DNA from: Octopus vulgaris
Lineage: Eukaryota
Reading direction: 5' to 3'
NCBI GenBank assembly: GCA_951406725.2
Contig: OX597819.1
Coordinates: 23,994,001-24,058,000 of the forward strand
DNA: 64,000 nucleotides
This document shows, one piece after another, positions 53,223 to 64,000 of the stretch. The translations under genes and the position numbers were made by a program. How positions within the stretch are numbered: position 1 is the first letter of the stretch; every line of letters begins with the position of its first letter. The notes beneath the pieces are model-generated. The model did no database searches. It had not been told where the DNA came from and worked only from the letters and a program-made list of their open reading frames with translations.

Positions 53223-55006
53223 TCAATCAGGTTGCCGGGTAGGTCTATAGTTCTTGTAGTTCGCATACTTCTTATGCATACAATTTGGGGAGTGTTCTGA
53301 AAATTTGTTAAGGAGAGGGCCTTTGGCGAACAAGATCACTAGGCTCTCTGATATGCATAGGTCACAGCAGGTATGTCCTCCTGTGTACGAGCGCGCCTTC
53401 TGTAGTAGTTTCCACTTGGTCTTGAAGGGGATTGAGTTCCTTTTAAGGTACCAGATGTGGGCGGCGAGGGTAGTTTGGTTGGATTTATCCTGTCGCCGGA
53501 ACGAGTGTGTATGTGCATACCAGCGGGTCTTAAAGCTGTTTGACGTCATTCCAATGTAGGATTTACTTTTATCGTCAAGGCCTGATCTTACCTCGCATTT
53601 ATATACTAGGTCCCTCTGTAGGCAGTTGTTGTTGAGGGGGCAGGTGGTTTTATCATGGCAGTTGCAATTGCTATCGGACGTTGGATGGGCCCCGGAGAAA
53701 GTAGATATGTTAAGTTTTTTCACATTGTTGTTGGCTAGGTTCCTGGCTAGGTTGGGCGTGGTAGAGTAGGAGAGTCTAATAGTGTTCTTATTTAGGATAG
53801 TGTAGTACTTATGTTGGGTGGGGAAGTGTTTCTGTAGGAGAGTGAAAAAGATCTTAGCTACAGGTGTAGCGACCTCACGGTTGAAGGGGGGTTGTACCAG
53901 CTAATGTGTCTTCGTCTATTTTTCCTGGGTTGGCGTGGGGCTATACTAGTGTAGGTAATCTTATCTTTAAAACCACTGCGGGCCAGGGCCTCGTTGTAAT
54001 AGGGGGCTGCGGCCTTAAAGATATCTTCCGTGGCGGACAGGCTAGAGATTCTAATTGAGACACTTTTTACTAGGTTATCTAATATATTTCTGGGGTGGTT
54101 GGAATTGATATCTATATATCTAAGGGATTCATTTGGTTTGTGGTACGGGTAATAAAGTGAGGTTTTTAAGTCGAGGGTGACATCTAGGAAGTTAGCCTTA
54201 GTTAAGTTGGATTCTAGGGTAATCCTAAGGCCTAAGTTTTTAAAGAAGGTGTGAAGATTTTTCCGGAACCCATCCGTGGTCCTGGGGTTTATATTGTGGA
54301 GGGCGAAAAGGCCGTCATCTCGGTAAAGACCACCGGAGAGGCCTGTGAATAGGGTTTTCAGCCTATGGAGGATGAAAAGGCCCACTAGGTCACTTATTTC
54401 AGCAGAGTCGTTAGCACCCATGCTGACGTCGAAGGGGGTCACAGATTTTTTGTTGATCCAGTGGGATCCGTCATAGAAAAGAAAAGTCTTACGTGCGTGG
54501 AGGATCACATCTTGCTCGGCCTCGGTGATGGTGGAGGACCTCCTGGCGAAGTTAATCGCATCGATCAGCAAGCTCTCCGATATAGAGGCGTAGTAATCCT
54601 CGATATCCAGTTGTAGGAATCGGGTGTTGCTTTTATCTGGTAAATCCCGGAACCAAGTTATTGCCTCGGAGGTCCTATTCCAGAGTGGAAGGGGTGAAGC
54701 TTCACGCATTTTTGGTAAAATCCTGTCCAAGATCTTCTTGCTGACGGATCCGATGTCAGACTTGGTTGGGTTAATCAAACGGACCGACGGTTTATTTTCG
54801 AAATGGTCTTTGTGGTCTTTCAGGGTGAAGTGTGGGGACTTCACCCTCAGGGGTTCTGTTCGGTCGTCGATTTTAAGGGAGGTGGCAATCTCTTTCCCGG
54901 CCAAGTTGGTTTCAGTTAGCGCTACGTCGTCTACTTTCTTGTATTTAGCTGTGATGGCGTTATCGGCTAGTCTATTATAGGTATCCGGAGTCACCGCGTA
55001 AATATT
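53223..55006 (-). pseudogene. Naiad-like RT + C-terminal GIY-YIG, 5'-truncated, two frameshifts near 53820-53890
   Basis: FTLKDHKDHFENKPSVRLINPTKSDIG, LDIEDYY, YRDD, WYNPP, CNC....CPL...C....VY, YIGMT...FKTRW..H..SF, CDLC..E. Confidence 0.9.
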
Positions 55007-55092
55007 TTTTTTCCCCTATATTTTTTTTCCCATATATGTATATATGTATGTGTGTGTGTGTATGTATATGTATGTATATGTGTATATATGTA

Positions 55093-55137
<45 letters not shown>

Positions 55138-55194
55138 ATATGTGTGTATGTATGTGTATGTGTATGTATGTGTATATATATCTATATATGTATA

Positions 55195-55250
<56 letters not shown>

Positions 55251-55527
55251 TGTGTGTGTGTATGTATGCATATATGTATGTATGCATGTATATGTGTATG
55301 TATATATATGTGTGTAAGTGTGTGCATATATGTATTTGTAAGTATGTGTGCGCGTATGAGTATGTATGTATGCTTGCACACGTGTATATATATGTGTGTG
55401 TGTGTATATATATGGATGCGCGTGCGTGTGTGCACGTGTATGGGTACGCATGTATATGTGTATGTGCGTGTATGCGTATACGTGTATGTATGTATGTGTG
55501 TGCGTAGATTTGTATATGTATGTGTGA

Positions 55528-55560
<33 letters not shown>

Positions 55561-55736
55561 GATGGGTGTGTGTATGCGTATAAATGCATGTAAGTATGGA
55601 TGTATGGATGTATGTATGTATGTATACGTATGTATGTGTGTATGTGTGTATGTATATATATATGTGTGTATATATGTTTGTGTATGTATATATATGTGTA
55701 TGTATGTGTGTGTATATGTATGTGTGTATGTGTATG

Positions 55737-55796
<60 letters not shown>

Positions 55797-56708
55797 TAGG
55801 TATGTATCTGTATGTAGGAGTACATATGTGTGTGTGTGTATGTATATGCGGGTATATATATATATATGTATATTTATTGGTGTATATGTATAGACTAGCC
55901 TCCTAAAGTGTAGACACGAATCTGTAGGTACGAGTACGTATGTGTATATACGTGAACGTATGTAGATGTTTGTATGTATGAATATAACGCGTGCGTACGT
56001 GTATGTGTATGAGTGTACGAATGGGTGAATGTACGTGCTAATGAGTGTGCGTGCGGGAATGAGTACTTGCCTTCTAGTAGACAGACAAATGGACATGCAG
56101 CCATTGCCAGGATTCTTAGCCCTAGCGATCAAAGATAACAAAAGTAATAAATGAAGATAATAAAATTAAAATTAGGGAATGGGCCTGTATTGGATTGTAT
56201 ATATATATATGTATATGTATATTTGTATGTATGTATGTGTGTATGTGTAGGTATGTATATATATGTATATATATGTATATATGTATATGTGTGTGTATAT
56301 ATATGTGTATGTATGTATGTGTGTGTAGATACGTATACATGTGTGTATAGGTATAAGTGAGAATCTCCTTATTTACCTATAACTCTATCCCCCCTTTTTT
56401 TATATATATATTTTTGTATATATATATTTTATATATATATTTTTTTTATATATATTTTTTATATTTTTTATTTTTTTTTATTTTTTTATTTTTTTTATTT
56501 TATTTTATTATTATTTTTTTATTTTTTTATTTTTTTTTATATTTTTTTATTTTTTTATTTATCTATTCTTTCATATAACTTACCACTGACTCCTTGACCA
56601 CTCCCCCAAGTATGATATTTTGCGCTATGCCTACCCCCAAAAAGTCCCCCACCACCACTCCTTTAAACCTGCCTAAATGTATAAATGCTAATACAATTCT
56701 TGTTAAAT

Positions 56709-56759
56709 AGCTTCCTGAAGATTTCTCTTGAATGAAACAGTACTAGTCCTGTAGAAGCT
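56709..56759 (+). ncRNA. Type-I hammerhead ribozyme (inverted arm)
   Basis: AGCTTC-CTGAAGA-TTTCtcttGAAT-GAA-ACAG tactagtc CTGT-A-GAAGCT; canonical core, GUA triplet. Confidence 0.85.
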
Positions 56760-56842
56760 CCTTCTATATAATAAATTAATTTTACTCTGCTATGTATTGA
56801 GTACCTTACTTACTGTGGTTAACCCCGAATCAACCCGGGACC

Positions 56843-56892
<50 letters not shown>

Positions 56893-56895
<3 letters not shown>

Positions 56896-57050
56896 CAGGC
56901 TTCCACTCAGTTTCCGTCTACTAAATACACTAAGACGATATTGGTCGGTCCGGAGTTATAATGCAATACACTTGCCCTATGCGTGGTGCAGTGGGATCGA
57001 ACCTGGAACCACGTTGCCCCAACGCGAGCTTTTTAACGGCACTGCCATGT
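56893..57050 (-). mobile_element. SINE family C head, diverged
   Basis: Similar to 28555-28720. Confidence 0.65.
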
Positions 57051-57360
57051 CTAATCAGAAATAAAAATAAATTAAGCTGTATTCACATGGACTGATTCTC
57101 CAACTTGCGATAACTAAACTTACTAACGCTATTTAATTTATGTCAAGCCAGCCTATCTTTATTTTCTAATTCATGCATAATGTAGTAAGAGACATTCTGA
57201 GACTGTGAACATAACACCGCCCACAATGAGCGAAGACTCTTTTTAAGCGTGGAAATACTCGGTAGGAGTTCTTTCACATTCCATTGAACAGCGCCTAAGC
57301 TGTCTGTGCATCTGAATCTAAATGCAAACGGCAAACGCATACACGCACATATGCATATAC

Positions 57361-57404
<44 letters not shown>

Positions 57405-57487
57405 GCGTGTGTATATATGTACACACAATGTTTACACATATATATATACATACACATAGGTATATGTGCATGTATGTATCCTTCAAA

Positions 57488-57527
<40 letters not shown>

Positions 57528-57553
57528 CATATATATATATTATATATACATAT

Positions 57554-57596
<43 letters not shown>

Positions 57597-57834
57597 CATA
57601 TATGTATATATATGTATGTGTATGTATATGTATGTATATATATGTATATGTATGCATATACATAAACATATATATACACACATATACATATATACATACA
57701 TATACATACATATACATATATATATGTATATGAATATATATATATGTATATATGTTTATGTATATATATATACATATACACACACACATATACATATATA
57801 TGTATATGTATATATACATATATATACATATATG

Positions 57835-57875
<41 letters not shown>

Positions 57876-58011
57876 GTACATATGTTGCTTGTATGTGAGT
57901 GTATGTGTGTGTATTATTAGTTACGTAATAAAAATACACTCCCATTAGGATATATATATATATCTAGGCTTTGGATGCCTTTGTTTATTACGTAACTAAC
58001 TGTATATGTAA

Positions 58012-58104
<93 letters not shown>

Positions 58105-58662
58105 TATACATATGCATGCATGCTTCTGTGTATTTGTTCGTGCTTGCGTGTGTGTGTATGCATAGAAACACACACATACGTGCGTGTGCACGCACAGGCT
58201 CACACATATATTCAATGTCTGCCCATTAGAAATATGTGTGTAAAGATATATAGAAGTAGACAGGTGCTATGCTGAGTGAATTTCAACTGTAATGTTAAAC
58301 TACTGGAGAATGCTGGAGTAGGTTTATGTTACTGTAAATAACGTGTTTTAAAGTTCTTCAGATCGCAACGGCGTGCATTGTTTAGCGCATTTTACAAAGA
58401 TAACCCTTATAGAATTTCGACTGGAAGAACCAAAACCACATGCAAACATGTTATGTATATGTCTAGTTATATGGGATGATATTTTTCATCGTATAGAACG
58501 TTAGACCGCTGATTTCCATGAGAAATATACGCACTGTTTGCTGCGTGATGAGAGCAGTTCTGTTTTCTGATACAGTTATTAAAATTTAGTTAACTCATAT
58601 TTTAAATAATGAGGGGAGAAAAGATCGATGGTTATATGTAGTTAATATTATGTTTATTGTTA

Positions 58663-58990
58663 GGGCGCGCGAGCTAGTAGAATCGTTACCATGCCCTGCA
58701 AAATGCTTAGCGGCATTTTGTCCGGCCTGAGTTCAAATTTCGCCGAGGTCGACTTTGCCTTTCATCCTATCGGAGTAGATAAAATAAGTACCAGTTTGGC
58801 ACTAGGGCCGATGTAATCGGCTTACCTCCTCCTCCTTCACCAAAATTTCAGGCCTTGTGTGTACAGTAGAAAGGATATTTCTTCCGTCTCGTTACGTTGT
58901 AAGTTCAAATTGTACCGTGGTCGACTTTGCCTTTCATCTCCTTCGGGGTCGATAAAGTACATAGAGGTTTCGGATTAGCACGATGTAATC
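58663..58990 (+). mobile_element. SINE family B plus a second partial unit
   Basis: Two family-B cores in tandem. Confidence 0.75.
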
Positions 58991-59366
58991 AATTAACTCT
59001 CTTCTCCTTATATTGCTGGCATTCTGCCAAAATTTGAAACAGTATTGTACTTATTACACATGCTATAAGCGGTTCATTAGATGATTTAATCCAATTATAA
59101 ATAATTAAAGATAGAATGTAGGCATGTAGTGGCGGTATGATTCTCGTAAATGGAGAAGATGATTCCAGGCATCTTTCGGTCTTATTAAATCTCTTTACCA
59201 AATCAGACTTCATTTGTACTCTACAGCCGCAAGATGTTTAATAGAATCGCTGGGTTATGGAGGAAATAAGCAAACTAATACCAGGTGGGAAGAGATAAAC
59301 GCCGATGCAAAGAGACACACGCGCGCGCGTACACACATATATACAATGGGTTTCTACACAAGTTCC

Positions 59367-59753
59367 GTGGAGGCGCAATGGCCCAGTGGTTAGGGCAGCG
59401 GACTCGCGGTCGTAAGATCGCGGTTTCGATTCACAGACCGGGCGTTGTGAGTGTTATTGAGCGAAAACACCTAAAAACTCCACGACGCTCCGGCAGGGAT
59501 GGTGGTGATCCCTGCTGTACTCTTTCACCACAACTTTCTCTCACTCTTACTTCCTGTTTCTGTTGTACCTGTATTTCAAGGGGCCGGCCCTGTCACTCTC
59601 TGTGTCACGCTGAATATCCCCGAGAACTACGTTAAGGGTACACGTGTCTGTGGAGTGCTTAGCCACTTACACGTTAATTTCACGAGCAGGCTGTTCCGTT
59701 GATTCGGATCAACCGGAACCCTCATCGTCGTAACCGACGGAGTGCTTCCATCC
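59367..59753 (+). mobile_element. SINE family A inserted in a family-C SINE
   Basis: Near-identical to 276-679; TSD ACACAAGTTCC at 59356-59366 and 59754-59764. Confidence 0.92.
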
Positions 59754-60852
59754 ACACAAGTTCCGTCTACCAAATTCGCTCACATGACAGTCGGCCAGGG
59801 GCTGTAGCAGAAGACACCTGCTCAATGTGCTTTACAGTGGGACTGAACCCAAAACCAGGTGGTTATAGAGCATCCACTAGAGAAATTTTTTTGTATTCAC
59901 TATTTGCAGATACAGACTATCATTATTTGACTCGAATTGTAGTTTTGCTGCATGTGCCCTTCTCTGAAACGGTAAAATGTAATTAGAAAGATATCACTGC
60001 TCTTTCTAGTAGGTCGAACGACCATCTAAATCCCCTCCTCCGTTAACTTCATAAATCTTGTAGTGCTTCGAAATTGAAAGTGATGGCTGGGAAAGGCAGT
60101 ACTAACATTTACTATGAAAAACGTTGATATCATTTTAAGGTTAACAAACTGTACTAAATGTTTAAAGAGGTGATAAGATGCTGGAGTGATAAGACGTTGG
60201 TGTGATAAGAAGCTGGAGTTTATCAGCGATTCCGTTAACGTGAATTACAGAAGGGGAATTACAAATGTACATCGGGAGTCAATTATTTCTTCGGATTGTC
60301 ACGTCTATTTATTGATTTTTATCAGTTTAGGAGGACATTTTGGATAATGTAACGCGGGGTACACTACAGCTGAAATAAATACTGAAAAACCAAAAATAAA
60401 ACATTAAAAAAAATCGATGTATGGATACAGTTTCGATGTCCTTGATCATAGATAAGTTTGCTCTATCGGGCTGACCTTCGGTCACAAAAACAAAGTACAG
60501 CAACACGATGATGAGACGTTGATCACGACGCAGGCGGCGGTGACTGTGGCAACGGTGGCGATGACAATGATGGTGGTGGTGCTGCTGGTGGCGGCAACGA
60601 CGGGGCGATGGTGATGACGTTGACGACAGCGATGACGACAACAACAACAACAAAGACGAGCTCGGCAGCAGCGGAAGAAGCAACGGGGACAATAAATCTA
60701 AAACCGATATTTCGGTCCTGTGTTCTCACAATACAAAATTTAATATGGTTTTTAAAAAAAAAATGTCTTTTGATGTGAGACCTGAAGTGACGCTTGTATA
60801 AATAATAGTTTGTATTGATTTATGCACACACACACACAGACACACACACACA

Positions 60853-60894
<42 letters not shown>

Positions 60895-60898
<4 letters not shown>

Positions 60899-61078
60899 GT
60901 TTATAAGAAGGGATTTCAAACAATACATTAGCCCAGAACTCGGAGTACAAGAAGGGGCCTGTATCAATGCACAGACCTAAGAAACTCCCGGCTTCACCTC
61001 CAAAATTTTGAGACCCTCACCACCCAAAGACCGAAAATAGTTTTGTATCGCTTTGTCAAATCTCTCCAGGCGTCCCTG
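60895..61078. mobile_element. Possible short hAT-like MITE in (CA)n
   Basis: Termini CAGGG...CCCTG with (CA)n on both sides; TIR very short. Confidence 0.35.
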
Positions 61079-61084
61079 TACACA

Positions 61085-61116
<32 letters not shown>

Positions 61117-61544
61117 GACTGAGGGACACTGCTTTGATTCTAGTTTGAACTGGTAAACTTCATAGGCACGTCTCGTATCTTTAGGGAAATAATGAACGCC
61201 ACATCTACATCCTATCCTCTTTCAGTTTAAACTCCCAATCTTCATGTCAATGTAAAAATATAAACTTGTTATCAGTGTGTCTATACAGTGTCAACACAGT
61301 ACGATATCTGACCAAAGTGGTTTGACCTCTCATGAAATCTAATCATGATTGTGGTTTTCTTAGAATTTCTTTTTTTTTTCTCCATTTGGCAGCAAATCTC
61401 GTATCACATCGCTTCCAGTCGCCACTTCTCACCATTCACTTACCCGGTTAATCTCGATTCAGTCTGTACTTGACGTTTGCTGTATTTTCTTTCAAAACAT
61501 CTGTATCACTGCTAAGATGAGGAATGTAAAGCAGTGTCTGGAGC

Positions 61545-61617
61545 GACGACAACAGCAACAACAACAACAACAACAACAATAATAATAATGATAATAATAA
61601 TAATAATAATAATAATG

Positions 61618-61681
<64 letters not shown>

Positions 61682-61683
61682 TA

Positions 61684-61755
<72 letters not shown>

Positions 61756-61909
61756 TAATAATAATAATAATAATAATGATAATAATAATAATGATAATAA
61801 TAATAATAATAATAATAATGATAATAATAATAATAATAAATTAATAATAAAATAATAATAATAATAATAATAATAATGATAATAATAATAATAATAATAA
61901 AATAATAAA

Positions 61910-61977
<68 letters not shown>

Positions 61978-62137
61978 TGATAATAATAATAAAAATAATA
62001 ATAATAATAATGATGATAATAATAATAAAATTATAATAATAATAATAATAACGATAATAATAATAATAATAATAAAATTATAATAATAATAATGATAATA
62101 ATAATAATGATAATAATAATAATAATAATAATAATAA

Positions 62138-62187
<50 letters not shown>

Positions 62188-62220
62188 TAATAATAATAAT
62201 AGTAGGTGATGATGATGATG
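61545..62220. repeat. Long (AAT)n array with GAT/AAAAT interruptions
   Basis: Direct observation. Confidence 0.95.
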
Positions 62221-62591
62221 ATTTCTTATATTTGCCACCAGGGCGAAGGATGAGGGGACAATACAAAGTATGGGGTTATAATAAAATGGGAGAAAAAATA
62301 AATGTGTAAAAAGTATACACGGTATACAATAAGACAAAGAAGAGAAGCATGCATAGCCTACAATTGTAAAGATAAAATTTAGAAATAGTTAAAATAAAAA
62401 ATGAATAAAAATAAGAATGAAATGGGATGGGGGCAAATGATAGTGATGTAACTGTCCTGCCACAGAAAGATCTCTAGGGATAACCGAAGAAACCCACCGT
62501 CCAAGATATCCCTGAAAACCAAGGATGGGTGTCCACTGCAATTTCTGCTTTCCGACTCACAGGTCCATACTTAGAGTGGTACCATCCACTC

Positions 62592-62652
<61 letters not shown>

Positions 62653-62657
62653 CATAA

Positions 62658-64000
62658 TACAAGTGAATTAAACAGAACAGGGTATGGGTATAAAATTGCC
62701 AATAAAAAAATAAGCCATCTATTTTATATGGATGACTTAAAACTTTATGGTAAAGACAATAATGAACTTGAAGGCCTATTGCGCACTGTGAAAGCATTCA
62801 GCGATGACATCGGGAGGGAGTTTGGACTTGAGAAGTGTGCCAAGGCCACTTTCCAGAAAGGGAAAGTGAAGACCACAAATTCAGTCGTGTTAGATGTTGA
62901 CACAGTCATAAGAGAGCTTGAGCAAGAACAAACATACAAATATTTAGGGATAAATGAAGGCTCTGGTATTCAGCATGCAAGCATGAAAGGGAAGATCAGG
63001 AAGGAATGTTATAGGAGAGTTCGTGCAGTCCTGAAATATGAACTAAATGCACGTAACAAGGTGTTAGCTATAAATTCCTTAGCAGTTCCAGTTGTTACTT
63101 ATAGCTACAATGTGTTGAACTGGAATATGAGTGAAGTAAAGAATATAGATAGAAAAATACGCAAGCTGCTGAGTTGTAATAGGATGCACCATCCAAAGGC
63201 AGACGTAGATCGCCTTTACCCTCCCAGAGCCCAAGGAGGTCGAGGCCTGATCCAATTTGAACTAGCTTACAAAACAACCACAATTGGACTGGCCAAATAT
63301 CTCGAAATATCGAATGACTGGATGCTAAAGCTCGTGGAAAATCACGAGAGACGAAAGAAGCTTCATTCTATCATAAAGGAAAGCAAAAAATTTGCTATTG
63401 ATCTCGTGCAGGATACCCAAACAGAACAACCCGAGGGAAGTACGGCAATTATTGTTGCAAAGAAGGTGAAAATAATGGCAACGAAAAAAGCGCACGAGCA
63501 ATTGGCTGATAGGTGGGAGGAGAAACCTCTGCACGGCAAATATGTGACCCGCAGCAAACAAGCTGATGTTGACCAGAAGCAAACCCATCAGTGGCTACGG
63601 AGCTCAGGGCTAAAAGCAGAGAGCGAAGGTTTCATCCTGGCTGCTCAAGATCAAAGCCTATTAACCCGGAACTACCAGGCCAATGTGATGAAAAATGGAG
63701 CAGTCCCAAAATGCCGATTCTGCAACGACATGATTGAAACAGTGGACCACCTAATCTCTGGATGTAAAGTCTTAGCACCAGTGGAGTATAAATTAAGACT
63801 TGACAGAGTTGGCCAATATCTACACTGGCTAATAAGTCGGCATTACAATATCAAAACTGCCGACAAGTGGTATAATCACCACCCTGAGGCTGTAACTGAA
63901 GGAGAAAATGTAACCATTCTGTGGGACTTTCCAGTACATACAGACCGAACCATCAAGGCAAATAAACCAGATATTGTTGTGAAAGACCAAAACAATAAAG
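62658..64000 (+). mobile_element. R4/Dong-like RLE LINE, 5'-truncated, frame appears open to the window end
   Basis: HLFYMDDLKLYG, YKYLG, GGRGL, AAQDQSL.TRNY, CRFC...ETVDHLISGC, ILWDFPVHTDRTIKANKPDI; starts directly after (AAT)n. Confidence 0.92.

Larger units (their letters stand above)
50366..56842 (-). mobile_element. Naiad-type Penelope-like element, 5'-truncated, with inverted 3'-end duplication
   Basis: RT/EN on minus strand; arms 50366-52100 and 55033-56775 are near-perfect inverted copies; (TA)n flanks. Confidence 0.9.

Noticed and set aside
53223-55006. Selenocysteine recoding/SECIS as reported for some Naiad elements
   Set aside because: No in-frame TGA at conserved Cys positions in the retained portion; the breaks are frameshifts in homopolymer runs.
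60530-60700. GC-rich stretch suggesting an exon or CpG island
   Set aside because: Degenerate GGT/GAC/AAC trinucleotide low-complexity sequence.

Overview
AT-rich eukaryotic repeat landscape with no host protein-coding gene that I can support. The SINE families and microsatellite load resemble an Octopus/cephalopod genome (inference). Nearly all ORFs in the supplied track are translations of (TA)n/(CA)n/(AAT)n repeats. Real coding content is all transposon-derived: a young, near-intact Neptune-type Penelope-like element (PLE; 16286-20916; two overlapping ORFs, direct pseudo-LTRs); a 5'-truncated Naiad-type PLE inside a ~1.74-kb inverted repeat (50366-56842); six R4/Dong-like restriction-like-endonuclease LINE pieces, all in (AAT)n arrays; two RTE LINE relics; a hAT/Charlie relic; several Helitrons (one with a PIF1 helicase fragment); and many tRNA-derived SINEs. 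The main unannotated signal is a set of type-I hammerhead ribozymes (HHRs) in at least five unrelated element families. These include a tRNA-headed, hammerhead-tailed SINE-like element with a Penelope-style inverted end and a 13-bp TSD (38983-39571), and a ~478-nt circularly permuted, retrozyme-like unit (21064-21964). All alignments and folds were done by eye.
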